DNA of 64,000 nucleotides from Psammoneis japonica. Its lineage: Eukaryota. Every line of letters starts with the position of its first letter. Positions within the stretch are counted from its first letter, which is position 1. The notes under the pieces were generated by a model. It did no database searches and was not told the origin of the DNA. It saw nothing but the letters and a program-made list of their open reading frames with translations. Where the stretch lies: NCBI GenBank assembly GCA_008632985.1, contig QPGO01000050.1, positions 310,001-374,000 on the forward strand, given 5' to 3'. Both the position numbers and the translations under genes were made by a program. This document shows, piece after piece, positions 49,701-61,474 of this stretch.

Positions 49701-49900
49701 AGGTCTTCAAGTGCACTCTTGCTCGTCATTCTTGCCAGGAGCAAAGCCCTTGTTGGCTGCTTTCTTGTTCGACAGCCATTTTCAATTTGATCTTTCCTCA
49801 CATGTCTGGTTTCCTTGTCTTTCCTCATCTGGCTGAGAGGAACCCTGTGATCGAAAACCCTCCCCGACACTGCACGCACAGCAGACACGTGTCACACAAT
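43720..49900. mobile_element. TpA- and CpG-depleted hypermutated block 3 (unidentified host element carrying a nested LTR element)
   Basis: About 2 TA and about 5 CG counted in 47700-48700; Tyr-free ORFs. Confidence 0.75.
45430..47609 (+). mobile_element. Gag-only copia (CoDi-like) LTR retroelement: LTRs 45430-45707 and 47336-47609, TSD GTGCC
   Basis: TGT...AACA LTR pair. GTGCC at 45425-45429 and 47610-47614. Purine tract gaaggagtg before the 3' LTR. Gag remnant MGDDNCP..GTSFV with degenerate zinc knuckle WECNEVGHVKMDCP (~47130-47175). Confidence 0.9.
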
Positions 49901-50430
49901 GGATCATTGAGTCATGACCGGGTGAGTCATGATGATCGTCAGTCCCGAATCATCAGAATTCGCGCAAGCTGGCGTATGTACGTCCGGTCTTCTGGCGGCG
50001 TCAATAATTACTTCTTTGTCAGAACAACGTCACACCATAAATAAAAAATTCAAAATGATGCATTCTCGTCGAATCAGAATGGCCGACAGCCATCAATCTG
50101 GTTCAGTATACTGAAGCTCCTGTAGAAATCTACGTAGCAATGCTCCAACGCGACTGCGCTCGCTCCAACGACGTCGCTCCTTCCGCCACCGATCATCTGC
50201 GTGCATGCATTTTCGACGTTGGCGACATCGACACATATGATACACCGCATGCACACATCACAAACGAAGTGAATTCTGATTGTCTGACTCTGATTTCAAA
50301 CGGAAGATACACTTCTTGACTCAACCTTTCGAGTCAACAAGCTGTTTTGAAGTCAGGAAAGCAACTACGTTTGCTCACAATTCCCACACCTTCCGTTTCA
50401 ACAACAACGATTCAAGCATACCGTTTCACC

Positions 50431-51186
50431 ATGATGTCGGCATCAACCACAAGAACTTTCTCCATCATATCGCTCCTCTTGTCTTGCAGCTATTACGGAG
50501 TCGATTCGTTTGCTCCAATGTTTGCTACAAGACACTCTTCTGGTCGAAGAAATCAAGCTGCCTTTTCCTCTACGGCTACTACTCTGGAACCGGCCGCAGC
50601 AACGATGAGACACGCCGACATGAATACATCACGTCGGTATTCAGAAGACCGACAAATGCCTGCTCAACCTTTTGAAAAACGAATGAGAGATTTAGTGCAG
50701 GGCAAGCCTAAGAAGAGGACAGCCAACAGCAGAGCAAATCCGATGAGACCGCCCAATGTACAAGAAGTTCTGACTCTAGAAGAATACAAAAAGGCTGTTG
50801 CTGATGTGGACGACAAGCTCGTGGTTGTAAGGTTCTATGCAAAGTGGTGTAAGGCGTGCCGGGCTATTGCTCCCTACTTTTACAAAATGGCTAGAGAATA
50901 TGAGGACGTGGCTGTCTTTGTCGAGTTGCCAGTGACGGAGAACAATGCAAATGTTCATCAGGGACTCGGGGTGCCGACCATACCGTTTGGGCACATTTAC
51001 CACCCACAAGCTGGGCTTGTTGAAGAGCGGCTAATGGTAAGAAAGGCATTTCCTCGTTTTCTTCAAGTCTTCAAAACGTACGTCAACGGATCGTGTGAAC
51101 TGCTGTCGGACGGGCTCTGCTCCAACCCATATGCCGATGAGGCGTACGCAGCAAAGGTCGATGGAGAGAAGGACACAGCCATATAG
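50431..51186 (+). CDS. Thioredoxin-domain protein (atypical WCKAC), plastid targeted
   Basis: Signal peptide + SFAP; LVVVRFYAKWCKACRAIAP; LGVPTIPF. Confidence 0.9.
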   Translation: MMSASTTRTFSIISLLLSCSYYGVDSFAPMFATRHSSGRRNQAAFSSTATTLEPAAATMRHADMNTSRRYSEDRQMPAQPFEKRMRDLVQGKPKKRTANSRANPMRPPNVQEVLTLEEYKKAVADVDDKLVVVRFYAKWCKACRAIAPYFYKMAREYEDVAVFVELPVTENNANVHQGLGVPTIPFGHIYHPQAGLVEERLMVRKAFPRFLQVFKTYVNGSCELLSDGLCSNPYADEAYAAKVDGEKDTAI

Positions 51187-51484
51187 ATGCTAATATCACC
51201 TGCTAAGTAACAATAGAGCCAACTATATAGAGAAACAAAAACTGCTATTGATAAAAATCAATTGAAACTGTACTGTAGGTCGTTGTCTTCAACCATCGCG
51301 AGGACGAACAAAAGGGGCGGATGAGAACCAACAACTCGTCTCGAAGTTGAAGCCTTCCAGTCATCAGATTTCGTGACCAGCCTCTGAAATCGCAAGTTCG
51401 AATGAAACACGGTACTTAACTTACACACTAAAGCTACAACTCATCATATCTAAACAATACAGTACTTCATCATCCTCTGAAGGC

Positions 51485-53460
51485 CTACAATTCTTCCTTG
51501 ACACTTCCGTCATCAGAAGGGAAAGACGAATTATCCTTTGAGAACACTTCTGCCCAATTCACATCCACAATACCGCACAATTGGTTACCAGGTCGTTTGA
51601 TGGTGCTCTGAATGGCCATTCTCCTTCGATTAGCACCAGAGCATGGGACGAACTCCAGCTCGCACATGGCTTCTTCACAAGTGGCAGCCGTGATGGTATC
51701 CACTCCCACTTGAAAGTTGGCAAACGTGTTGATCATGTTGGACTGGATAAAGATAAAGGCGCAATGACCGCGTGCGCAGAAGATATCCTCGGTCCAACAT
51801 TCAGCGCACTTTCCCGAAAAGCCGATTGGTTCCTCTCCCAAACACTTAAGAACAGCTTCGCGTCCGCCCCAGAGCGACTTGCGAGCACACCTTGCAGATT
51901 CTTTCGCCAGGTACTCTCTCGTGGTGTATTGCAACCTAAGGTTATGCCAGTCAGAGCAGGCTCCACAAGCACCACAGTGAGCTATCTTGTATCCAGCATT
52001 ATGGGCAGCTTCCTTTGAATCAAAAGTGGAAATGTCGCCTCCGAGTTTGTCGAACGCGCAAACAGGCCCCACTTCCATGTGGCCGTACAGAGTCTCGTGG
52101 ACACTATGGAAATGTTCTCGGAACGACGTTCATTTGGGCAGTGGCGAATACGTTCACAATCGTCACAAAGAGGGAGAGGGCGCTGATGACACACAGAACG
52201 TACACGTCGGCTTTGGAAAAAATGACAAGCTGGGAGGGGGTAGACCACCTCATTTTGACAAGCTCCCAAGTTGATCGCTCGTGCTCTGGATCATAGTCTT
52301 CTTTATCCTCGTCCCCTTCCTCCTCTCTTCTTCTTCTTCTTCCTCCTCTTCTTCCTCGGAGATTTTTTCCATCGCCTCAAGTTCTTGAACCGTTTTGAAC
52401 ATGGTCGAACCGAATACGTGAGAGTAGATCAAGCTCATCGCCATTCGTTCCCTCTTATCGTGGACTGAAAAGCGTTTCTGAGACGCCATCCTTTTCTCCG
52501 TCTCGCGCCATTGACTGTAATGAGAAAAGAGATTGCCCAAAAAATAAGATGAGAAAGTCACCAACGCCAATCCCGACTCGTTCTGCCAAATCCTGGTGCC
52601 CCAGACTTGTTGTATGAAATGCCACCCATCAGCAAACATGAAGGAAGAAATCACCGCAAACGCAAAGGACATGGAAAGAGCAATACGAGCCTGCTGCTTT
52701 GCATTCCTTTTCCGCGAGAACTTGATGGCTCCCTCGATCACGAAGCCAATGAGGAAACCGACTACAGCAGATTTTGGCCTTCCACAAAATGGCAGCAATA
52801 AGCAATAGACAAAGAAAAAGTACTGACAGATACTCCAGGTCACATTAAACCGAAGAGCCTTCATGCCTCGGCCAACGTGCTTGATGCGCCATTGCTTATC
52901 GGGGCTGTAGTAAACACCTATCCACCGAGGAGTCTTTGTAGACACCACAAACCATAACCAAGCAGCTTCCAGTCGAGAAAGCCCTTCGAGTACCAGCTTC
53001 ATGCGCCAGTCAATATCTCTAATCAGATATGACACAATAGTTGCAGAAGCAGTGATCAAGCACATCATGATGGCGACAACCTTTAACGCCGTTCGATTCA
53101 CGGCCTTGCGTGCCAGCCGCTGCTTCCTCGCGTCAGTGCTTGTCCAACTCTCGTCAATTGCGCGATGGTATTCTCCAATCTCGGTACTCACGTCGAGCAA
53201 GACTAGGGTCGCTATGGCTGTCGATGCCCACGACAAATGGGGATTCTCGGGGAGCATGGGAATCGAGCTCGTCATGGTGGTTGCAATCTACCGGAATTGA
53301 GAATGCTTAAAGACTGCGGGAACTTCGCCATGATATGTATGTTCTGATGGATCTTCAAAGACGCTGGAGGGGTGCGCGTTGCTTTGCTGGATGCGGGGGA
53401 GTTCGGAGCTCGCGTTGTCTGACGTCAACCTCCGCACTCCGCACTCAGAAGGAATTCTTA
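51485..53460 (-). pseudogene. Multi-TM membrane protein with Cys-rich C-terminal domain; frameshifts ~52110-52290, in-frame stop ~53288, 5' end abuts a TE block
   Basis: 341-aa TM-rich ORF plus 197-aa Cys-rich ORF (IAHCGACGACS..CSGANRRR) joined across frames. Confidence 0.65.
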
Positions 53461-53461
53461 C

Positions 53462-55110
53462 ATGGACTTCCATGACAAAAATTGGGCAAAAAAAGGAGGG
53501 ATGAACAAAATGCCAAAAGTGAAAGACATGAGGCTGTTTTATGGGCTCCAAAAGTGGGTAGCCAAGATGCTCTTCAGCCAGCAGCACAGCCAGCCAATCC
53601 TGGGCTCGCTTTCCAATTTTGCCAAACAAGCACAAGCTCTTGGGTTGCTCAAGCGATGCTCACAGCCGCGCATCTTGCAAAGTGTTTTCAACACTTGCTG
53701 GTGTGTTCCAGCTGACACCTGTCTTGTGGCAATGCATTTTAACACTTGCCATCTCTGACTGCACAGAGCTGTTGTGTTGAAGAGAGCTTGCCGACATGTG
53801 TCGCTGTGTTGAAAAGAGCCGCGTCCATCAACTGCAAAGAAGCACGCCACTCTGTCTTTGCAGAGCCAAGACAATTTGCAAATTCTCCACAGAGCACTTT
53901 GTGTGCTGCAACTCTGTCTGGGAAACATCGTGAGGCAACAAAAAATCTGTTGGCTGCAACTCTGTCTGGGGAACATCATGGCAACAAAAAATCTGCTGAG
54001 AACATGCAGCCAGCATTGCTCGCTGTCCCTGGCAATTCTCTGCACACTCAACTGAATTTGCCTGAACAACCTTTGGGTCATGTTGCAGCTTGCTTTCATC
54101 TCAATTGCAAGCTCCTGATCATGTGAAACTGGCTTCTTTGCATGCACTGCTTGACCCACACAATCTTTTTGCCTCTGCACAGTTGGTCTGTGTTGGCAAC
54201 AATGGCAGTGCTTGTTCCCTCATTTTTTGCCTGTCTTTCCCAATCAGCTGGCACCAAAACATGCTTTGCCATTCACAACTCTCACAACAACAAATTTGCA
54301 GAGTCATCTGTTTTTTTTTCAAACATCTTTTGGCAGCACCCAAGGTTGCTTCAACAATGAAGCAGTGTGCTGCTGGCATTCTTTGTCTGAGAGGTTGTGG
54401 ATTTTGCAGGGCCAAAAGTGCAAGTGAGTCCTGACCAAAATCAAAAGGTTCCAAGATTGGGGCCAAAGCCAACCTCAGCTCACAAAGAAAAGAAAAGTGA
54501 AATCCATTGAAGATGGAAGCAGAGGATGAGTTGGGAGTTGGGGCAAGGGTGATTGGGCACAAGATTGATTTAAAATGATGGCAAGAAAAGTGATCAAGCA
54601 GAGCACATCACTGCAGCTTGATGAGAGAGAAAGATTTGAAAGTGCACCCAGCCACACATTTTGCCATGCTGTCAATTCTTGACAGCCAGTGCTGCTGGTC
54701 ATTTGGATGCACACACTCAATTGCCATCATGAGAAGCAACCTCAATGAGATGGCCCTTCTTCCCCCCCCCCCCCCCCCAAATTGCTCCAATGAGACCAAG
54801 CGTGCCGCCAGCGCCAGCGGGACTCCTGTCCCTTGTGCACTTGATCACAAGCTCATTCTGAGACATTGGGGGTGCACCTTTCATGGAGGAAGTTGCCACC
54901 ATCACAGTGTCATGACAAGTGTGTTCTTGTGGAGAGCACCATCAATTTTGGAGGAATGCATCCTGCACTTTGTGGGCATGTGCCAAGAGAATTTCGAGAC
55001 ATTTGTCCAGATGCCCATTGCACTGAACTCACCCAACACATTTTGTTGCGTTTGTTGGCATTGTGTCAAGCAACAACAGGTTGCCATCATCCACCATTGA
55101 AACAATTGGG
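53462..55110. mobile_element. TpA/CpG-depleted hypermutated block 4, with a ~48-bp tandem duplication at ~53905-53998
   Basis: Composition as in block 3; gctgcaactctgtctggg.aacatc.tg..gcaacaaaaaatctg x2. Confidence 0.6.
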
Positions 55111-55345
55111 CAATTTATTTAGGACGACTTATGAGCTACAAATCTGCTACCGGCATTTTCGAAGTCTCCTCTTGAGAGATTCGAGAATGCTTCGAAAGAC
55201 AAAAAGTGTAGTAGGTCTACCACCACGTGCTCTAGAAAATTCTTAGTGTACCGCAGACAATTCATGATGTTTCTTCAGATGATAAAGTAGTGTGGAATTT
55301 GTAAGCCTTGACTCGAGCAGTATCTCAAGGTAGCCAAAAACTGCG

Positions 55346-56353
55346 CTAGGATCCGTACTTCTCGTCGTCCCCTGGCATGCCAAACTTGCTGCCATCAAGG
55401 ACTTCCATAGTGCCAAGTAAGTCACTCCAGCGCGGTTGTCCAGTTGCACGACGCAAGACGCGTCCATTCTTTTTCAAAATAATATTGAATCCTTTTGAAA
55501 TAACATCGAATCCTTGGCCTGTTGCAGTTTCTACTTCGGATTTCAAGCAGTCGGCCCACTGGTTGTTCCCTCGCGGGAAAGCAATAACTTTACTTGAGCG
55601 ATCGACATCAAAGTTACGGTCTGTATCTTCCGAAACCGTGGTCGCCCAAGCCGATGCCGTGTCACCAACAGTCGTGCCGTCAGCTTCGAGTAAAACGGGG
55701 ACGACAATCATGTCTGCTGCGGCGATAGCGGATGGGATGTTGTTCTCATCTACCAGTTGGTCAGCATTGAGGCTGCGGCACAGACTCGAGATGTATTCTT
55801 TTCCTCCTGCTGCTATTAGGACACGCGAATTCCGCCGATAGTCTTTCAATGTAGCTGCCTTCACCGTTGTGTCGGCTGGGGACACGACAAGTGATGCAAG
55901 CGCACCACCTTTGGCAATACGCGCCAAGTTTGCTTCTCCTGCTTTCCAGTCTCTAAAAGTGATGAATCCACAGAGCGCCACAGCCCCAATATTGATTGCG
56001 CAAGATTGGAGAGCTTCATCCAAGGGTGGTGCGTCAGACCATCCGCCAGTGTAAGCCTTAATTGTGCTCAACAACGAAAAATACAGTGCCACAAACGCAG
56101 AAATCGTTGAGAAACCAAAAAAGTAAAGCCTCACAGTCCGGAAAGGCGATTCCACCTCCTCTCGAAGACGTTGTTTCACTGTGTATCCACCAAACTTCTT
56201 TTCGAGACCGTCGTCATCGGACATGAGAAGAGGGCTGACGCTGGTCCTAGACCTGCTCAAATTCGGACTACTTCTGGGGGAGTGCCGAATGGCGCGAGGC
56301 GCAAACGGCGCTGCTAATCCAAAAGACAGCGCCAACAAACCCAAGACTCTCAT
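55346..56353 (-). CDS. LPA1: LOW PSII ACCUMULATION 1-like (DUF3493) plastid protein
   Basis: Signal + APFAP; RLREEVESPFRTVRLYFF; LKDYRRNSRVLIAAG; LKKNGRVLRRATGQPRW. Confidence 0.85.
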   Translation of the reverse strand: MRVLGLLALSFGLAAPFAPRAIRHSPRSSPNLSRSRTSVSPLLMSDDDGLEKKFGGYTVKQRLREEVESPFRTVRLYFFGFSTISAFVALYFSLLSTIKAYTGGWSDAPPLDEALQSCAINIGAVALCGFITFRDWKAGEANLARIAKGGALASLVVSPADTTVKAATLKDYRRNSRVLIAAGGKEYISSLCRSLNADQLVDENNIPSAIAAADMIVVPVLLEADGTTVGDTASAWATTVSEDTDRNFDVDRSSKVIAFPRGNNQWADCLKSEVETATGQGFDVISKGFNIILKKNGRVLRRATGQPRWSDLLGTMEVLDGSKFGMPGDDEKYGS

Positions 56354-56689
56354 CGCTTGATTTTGATATGTTTCAGCGGGGGATCATGAGTATTGAGCAC
56401 CACCGGTGTAGAGGAGGGAACAACTCATTGTTACACGTTTTACAGTACGTTTCACACAGTTCGCACACTCAGTTTCATCGTGTGACGTGTTATGATCCTT
56501 GATCCTTGCTGCGTGGAAAAACGTCCTGACTTATTGTGGCTTCCGCTTCCTGTACGTTGGCGGCAAAGAAATCTTGGAGTTCGGAGCTCGCAATGCTCGT
56601 ACGGTGTGTTTGACTGACGTGTTAGAATGGAGTAGACTCTACCAGCAGTGGCTCTAGCTGCTAGAGTGGTTGTTAGTTGTAGTTCGTTC

Positions 56690-58720
56690 GCAAAAAAACA
56701 AAAAAACCCAAGATTATTGACACTGTCTGCACTCTGTGGGGCCCTTTGTACAAAACACGTGATGGTGAAAAAACAAAAAAAAACCGTTGGTTTGCTGCTG
56801 CCACATTTTCGAAAATTTTGAAGCTGGCTGCAAGCCCGAGACAAGTGAGTTTCCAAGCACTTTTGCTCATTGTTGTTGTTGCACGGAGCACACAAATTTG
56901 CCATTCGACCTTTTGAAACACATCGCTCCTGTTTTCATTGCCACGGCTGTTTCACTTCTTTGCTGAAGGTGATTCGATCACCTCGTTCTTGCTGCGAATT
57001 GGATCTGCCAGAGTCAAGTCATTGAATGTTGTCTGCACACGATTGCCATGAAAACTGCAGACCTGAAAAGAGGCTTGGGTCATTGACACTTTTCCTCCAT
57101 GTGCATTTGAGGCAGGTTGGCTGGTTGACCACACAAAAACACACAAAAATTGCAGTTTGAAGATTGGCGCCTGCTGCCTGGACCACCAGCATGTCAGGCC
57201 ACACTCTGGGCTGCTTTCTGCACCTGAAAATTGCCAATGAGCTGCTCAGAGTGTTGCATGTCAAGCATGGACAACACAGAATCAGGAGATGAACTTTTGA
57301 AGTTGTGTGGTGAGACTTGCGGTGCTGCAGCCAGGAGTCTCAGCCTTGTCTCAGCTTTGTCCTGACCATCAAACATGGAGCCAAATTGCACTCAAAAGCA
57401 ACTCTGGCCACCAAGCCTTTCTGTGTTCCTCATGAGTGCACATCCTAAATCCAAACAATGTGCATGCACACACGCAACTTGAGCCCAGTGTCAATGTTTG
57501 CATCCACTGTGGGAATCACCCACAACAGAGAAGCTCTCCAAGTGATTGACCCCGGATTGTGGTGTGTCCTCTTCTTCCTTGAACTCATCGTGCATCACCG
57601 TTGCAAACAGCTCACATCTCACGTGCATCCTTTTCCATGACTGGCATGTCATTGCCACTTTCTTTGACTTGCTGTGTCAGAATCCTCTGCAGAATGGCTG
57701 GAACTCATCATTGTCTGCTGTCTCTTGACCGTTGGAGTCTTTCAAAGTTCTTGGTGCTGGAGAAACACATCGAACAATTCTTGAGCCTTCTTTGTCTCTT
57801 CACAAAATGGATGAGCATCTTCTTCAAGCACCTCTGTCTCTTCTCCACTCTCCATCACTTCATGCTTGAGACCCTCAAAGAACAACTGGAACTCATCATT
57901 GTCCAACGCACAGCCATTGCCACATGGCATTTTGTGTTGCATTTTTTCAATGCTCTGTGAGCGAATCATGAAACACAATCCAGCATGAGTTGGAATTGGA
58001 AAAAGAACAGCCATGCATGAAAAACTGCTTTGTTGTTCCTTTCATCCTCCTGCCGAAAATGTGCTCATAAAGGCAAGCCACAATCAAGAGCTAGAGAGGC
58101 AAAGATCAACGCAACATGCAACATCATTTTTGTTGTGAAAAAAGCTGAAACATTCTTCCAGAAGATGTCAAGAGGAAATGTGGCAAAACACTGATGATCA
58201 CAAGTTTGGAAATGTCAAAGATCTGCATCTGAGGTGCGCCCGCAAAGATCTGATGACTGGACTGGCCGCAGCGTGCGACCAGCGACAGGAGGCCTTGCTC
58301 TTGTGTCTCTTGATTGACCAATCACATTGAATTTTATTTGCTGTGGTTGCCTCTTGTTCAAGGAGAAAATCATCATTTGAGACCACCAAGACAGGCAGAA
58401 CAGCTTTCACCAAGCTCAAACTTTCTGACAAACAAAAGAGCGGACAATTTGCAGCACGCCGGTTTGCACATTCGTTGATGGAGTTGTGAGGTTGCACTGC
58501 ATGTTGAGAACACTTGAGGTTGAAACAAACTTGTGAGACAAACAAAATGTGGTGCTGTGGCATTGCATGCTTTGTTTTGCTGAGGACTGCAGATTTTCAA
58601 ATGCGTGGTGGTTTTGGCAAAAGCAGTGTGCACGTGAATGACAAGCATGCGTTCGAGTCACCTTCACCAGCCGCCAGTGAAACTTGGACGAGCTGCTTCT
58701 TGGAAAAAGGTTCTACGAGT
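56690..58720. mobile_element. TpA-depleted hypermutated block 5
   Basis: Near absence of TA, Tyr-free ORFs, gradual return of TA/CG at the edges. Confidence 0.6.
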
Positions 58721-59147
58721 GCGCTCTTTCATGCGGACTTATTCGTGTAACACCTTCAACAGCGTTGTCGTGTTGTTGCGCAAATTTTTCGTTTGCAAAG
58801 GATTTCCGTTGCTGCCGTTTGCCACTCTTCACAAAGCTGCTGCAGTGAAACGCACAAAGCCGTTGACGAGGCGTGATTGGTTTGAGCATGCCTTGCGATC
58901 CCAGAAGCGATGCTGGCCCAATAATTCACGAAACCAACCCGTGCTCCAGGGCGGGGCACTTTCCATTCCCGTTGCCGAAACCCGTCGCAAACCAGAATTT
59001 TGTGAGCTCCGACGTGGTCGTAGAGTCTACGTAGCCTCAGTACGAAAGCCCTTCTCACGCAAAGTCTGAACATCAGCGCGAAGCGCTAGCACGAACTCTC
59101 ATCAGCGAGACACAATATAAGACCATTGTCGTCTTTGTACAACAGCA

Positions 59148-60686
59148 ATGAAATTCTCTTCGACCGTCGTTACCGTCCTCTCTGCTGCTATCATCTCTGG
59201 TGGTGTCGTTGCTTTGACCCGCAACGATCCTCTTGCCGCCGTTTCCGTCTTGACCTTTCTCGCGTTGAAGGCAAACTCGAATCGTATTGACGATGAAGAA
59301 GCGGACACGATTCAAGACGTTGTTGCCACGCCGACAAAAGAGACTCTGTCGATTGTTGTGCATGAGAGCTCCACCCGCAAGTCGTACGAGGCGTGGCTCA
59401 GAGGCTGCGTCGAGGAACTTGTTCGTTACGCCTCGAAATCCCAGGTCGAGCGTATTCACCAGCTTCCGATCATTCCCAATTTCGGACTCTCCCAAGCCCT
59501 TGGCAAAGTCCGTCCCTTCAATATGCCTTTAAAGGCTGTCAATTTTATCGTTGACTTGAAGAAAGTATTTCCCGCTTGCGCTCCAACCTCCGTTTGTGTC
59601 GGGATTGAGTTCAAATCCTGCACGACCAACGTGAGCCAAATAGAGTCTTTCGTTACCAAAGCCCTCAAAAACTTCCGCATGACCTCCAATCTGAACGTCC
59701 GTGGAAAGTTTTTACTTAAGTTTGACAACACGAGTGCCAGTCCCTCGGTTTTGGCTGCGGCGATCTTCGAGTTCCCGCTTTCAAACGATTATCCAACGCC
59801 GGGAAACATGCCAATGCCTCCCACGCGCGTCAAAGCGCCTACTCCTACGAAGCTGCTCACGGTTGATGCAGTGCATTCTATTTTATCAATTACGAATGCT
59901 CAATGCATGGAAATTGCACCCCGTATCGGACTAAACGATGACATAGACCGTTTCCGTCTGGCCCTTCCACTCGTCCTTGCGACGCCACTGTGTCGGAAAA
60001 AACGACAAGGTCTGCAGTTTCCGTCCAGCTGTCCACTCCTTGTGGCGCCCCTGTGTCAGACGAAACCACAACATCGACCGCCTCCGTCCAGCTTTCCACT
60101 CCTTGTTATGGCACCCCTGTGCAATCTAGCACCCCGTGGTGAACCAAACAACGGAGTCCCCGAGCCCCTGCACAACCAAGTGCCTCGTGGCGAAGAAGAC
60201 AACGGAGAGTTAGACGACCTGGTTGAACGTTTTAGACGAAAGGAAATTTCATCCCAAGCAGAACAAGACAAGGCAGACATTGAGGAACTAACTGACCTTT
60301 TTGGACGCATGCAAATCACGACTGGAGGGGAACTGACCAAGCCCGCCAAGAAGCTTGTAAATACAACAGCCTCTGAAACACCAGCTCCAGATGAACCAAG
60401 CATTGCTTCCACAGAAGAATCGCGTTTCACAGCTTCCTCAACAACTCCATTGGAAAGGAGTGAGGAGGCACCTGTCATGAAAATGCCTGCCAAGCTAGTC
60501 GTCTCTTCAAAGATTGCAAATCTTGTGGCCGTCATGGAGCGACTGATGCGTGCTCCACGACGCCGTCCGGCCTTCCCACGCCCAAACCCCAGAAAGAGGC
60601 CGTCAAGTGACTGCCAAATAGTTTGGCGGAATCTCCTACAAAAAGGCGAAAGGCAAACGAAATGGATGAATTGGCTGCCCTTTTAG
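59148..60686 (+). CDS. Hypothetical intronless 512-aa protein with N-terminal hydrophobic segment and ~57-bp degenerate internal repeats (~59965-60125)
   Basis: Long ATG ORF; PLVLATPLC / PLLVAPLC / PLLVMAPLC repeats. Confidence 0.6.
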   Translation: MKFSSTVVTVLSAAIISGGVVALTRNDPLAAVSVLTFLALKANSNRIDDEEADTIQDVVATPTKETLSIVVHESSTRKSYEAWLRGCVEELVRYASKSQVERIHQLPIIPNFGLSQALGKVRPFNMPLKAVNFIVDLKKVFPACAPTSVCVGIEFKSCTTNVSQIESFVTKALKNFRMTSNLNVRGKFLLKFDNTSASPSVLAAAIFEFPLSNDYPTPGNMPMPPTRVKAPTPTKLLTVDAVHSILSITNAQCMEIAPRIGLNDDIDRFRLALPLVLATPLCRKKRQGLQFPSSCPLLVAPLCQTKPQHRPPPSSFPLLVMAPLCNLAPRGEPNNGVPEPLHNQVPRGEEDNGELDDLVERFRRKEISSQAEQDKADIEELTDLFGRMQITTGGELTKPAKKLVNTTASETPAPDEPSIASTEESRFTASSTTPLERSEEAPVMKMPAKLVVSSKIANLVAVMERLMRAPRRRPAFPRPNPRKRPSSDCQIVWRNLLQKGERQTKWMNWLPF

Positions 60687-61474
60687 CGCGAATGACGGTT
60701 TGAGTTTACACGATACTTGCGGCCTCGGGACTACTTACCGTAAAGATTCGGTATTGAGTGACAGTAACTAACCCATCGGATGTATGAATGCAAGGACGCG
60801 TCCAGAATTAGAAAAACAAAACAAAAAATATAACAATACATGTTCAAAATCCCAAAATGTACTGTACCGTGCATTCCTCGTATCCCGAGGCATATAAGAC
60901 TAGCTCCTTTTTGAGGACTTCCCGTATTGAACGCCTCTGCCGGAGCTTGTCAAGCTCTTTGCAATGGTCAACGCGAGGTGTTCCTTTCCTGCTGTAGCCC
61001 CAAAGTTTACAGTATTACGATCATGCTCATTGTATGACCCACTAAGAGGAGAAGACATTTCTTCGTTGTCAAGTTATTGGATAGTACCGGCAGCAGAATG
61101 TGTACCGTCAAAAACTAGCTCAATTGAGCTGTTGTCAGCTTCTTCTTTAGAGCCCAACCAATCGACCCACTTGTAATAATTCCTACATGATAAACGACAG
61201 GAATCTGTGAGCATTACACGAGAAAAGCATAATCAAGCAGGCATTCAGAGGCAAACATACCCATTGGCTCTTTTTCGTATTCATTCCAGACCTGCGCATG
61301 TCGGTATGTGCGGCCATCTTCAATTATTCCTTGGCAAGTTGTCGACGATGAATCCGATGGGAACAACAAAGGATGATGGCGAGGATGAGGATGATTATAG
61401 CCGCCTTCAAAGTTGGTGATATGATGACTTCGCATGGACAGGGGTGATGGTGAGCCCTACCCGTCCAGAACGCA

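Noticed and set aside
43720..49900. Classical fungal RIP or CpG decay alone as the cause of the composition
   Set aside because: RIP raises TpA, and CpG decay does not remove it; TpA is the most depleted dinucleotide here
43680..49981. cgtatgtac at both ends of block 3 as a 9-bp MULE-type TSD
   Set aside because: No TIRs inside the repeats, and cgta/gtac-rich words are common in intergenic DNA here
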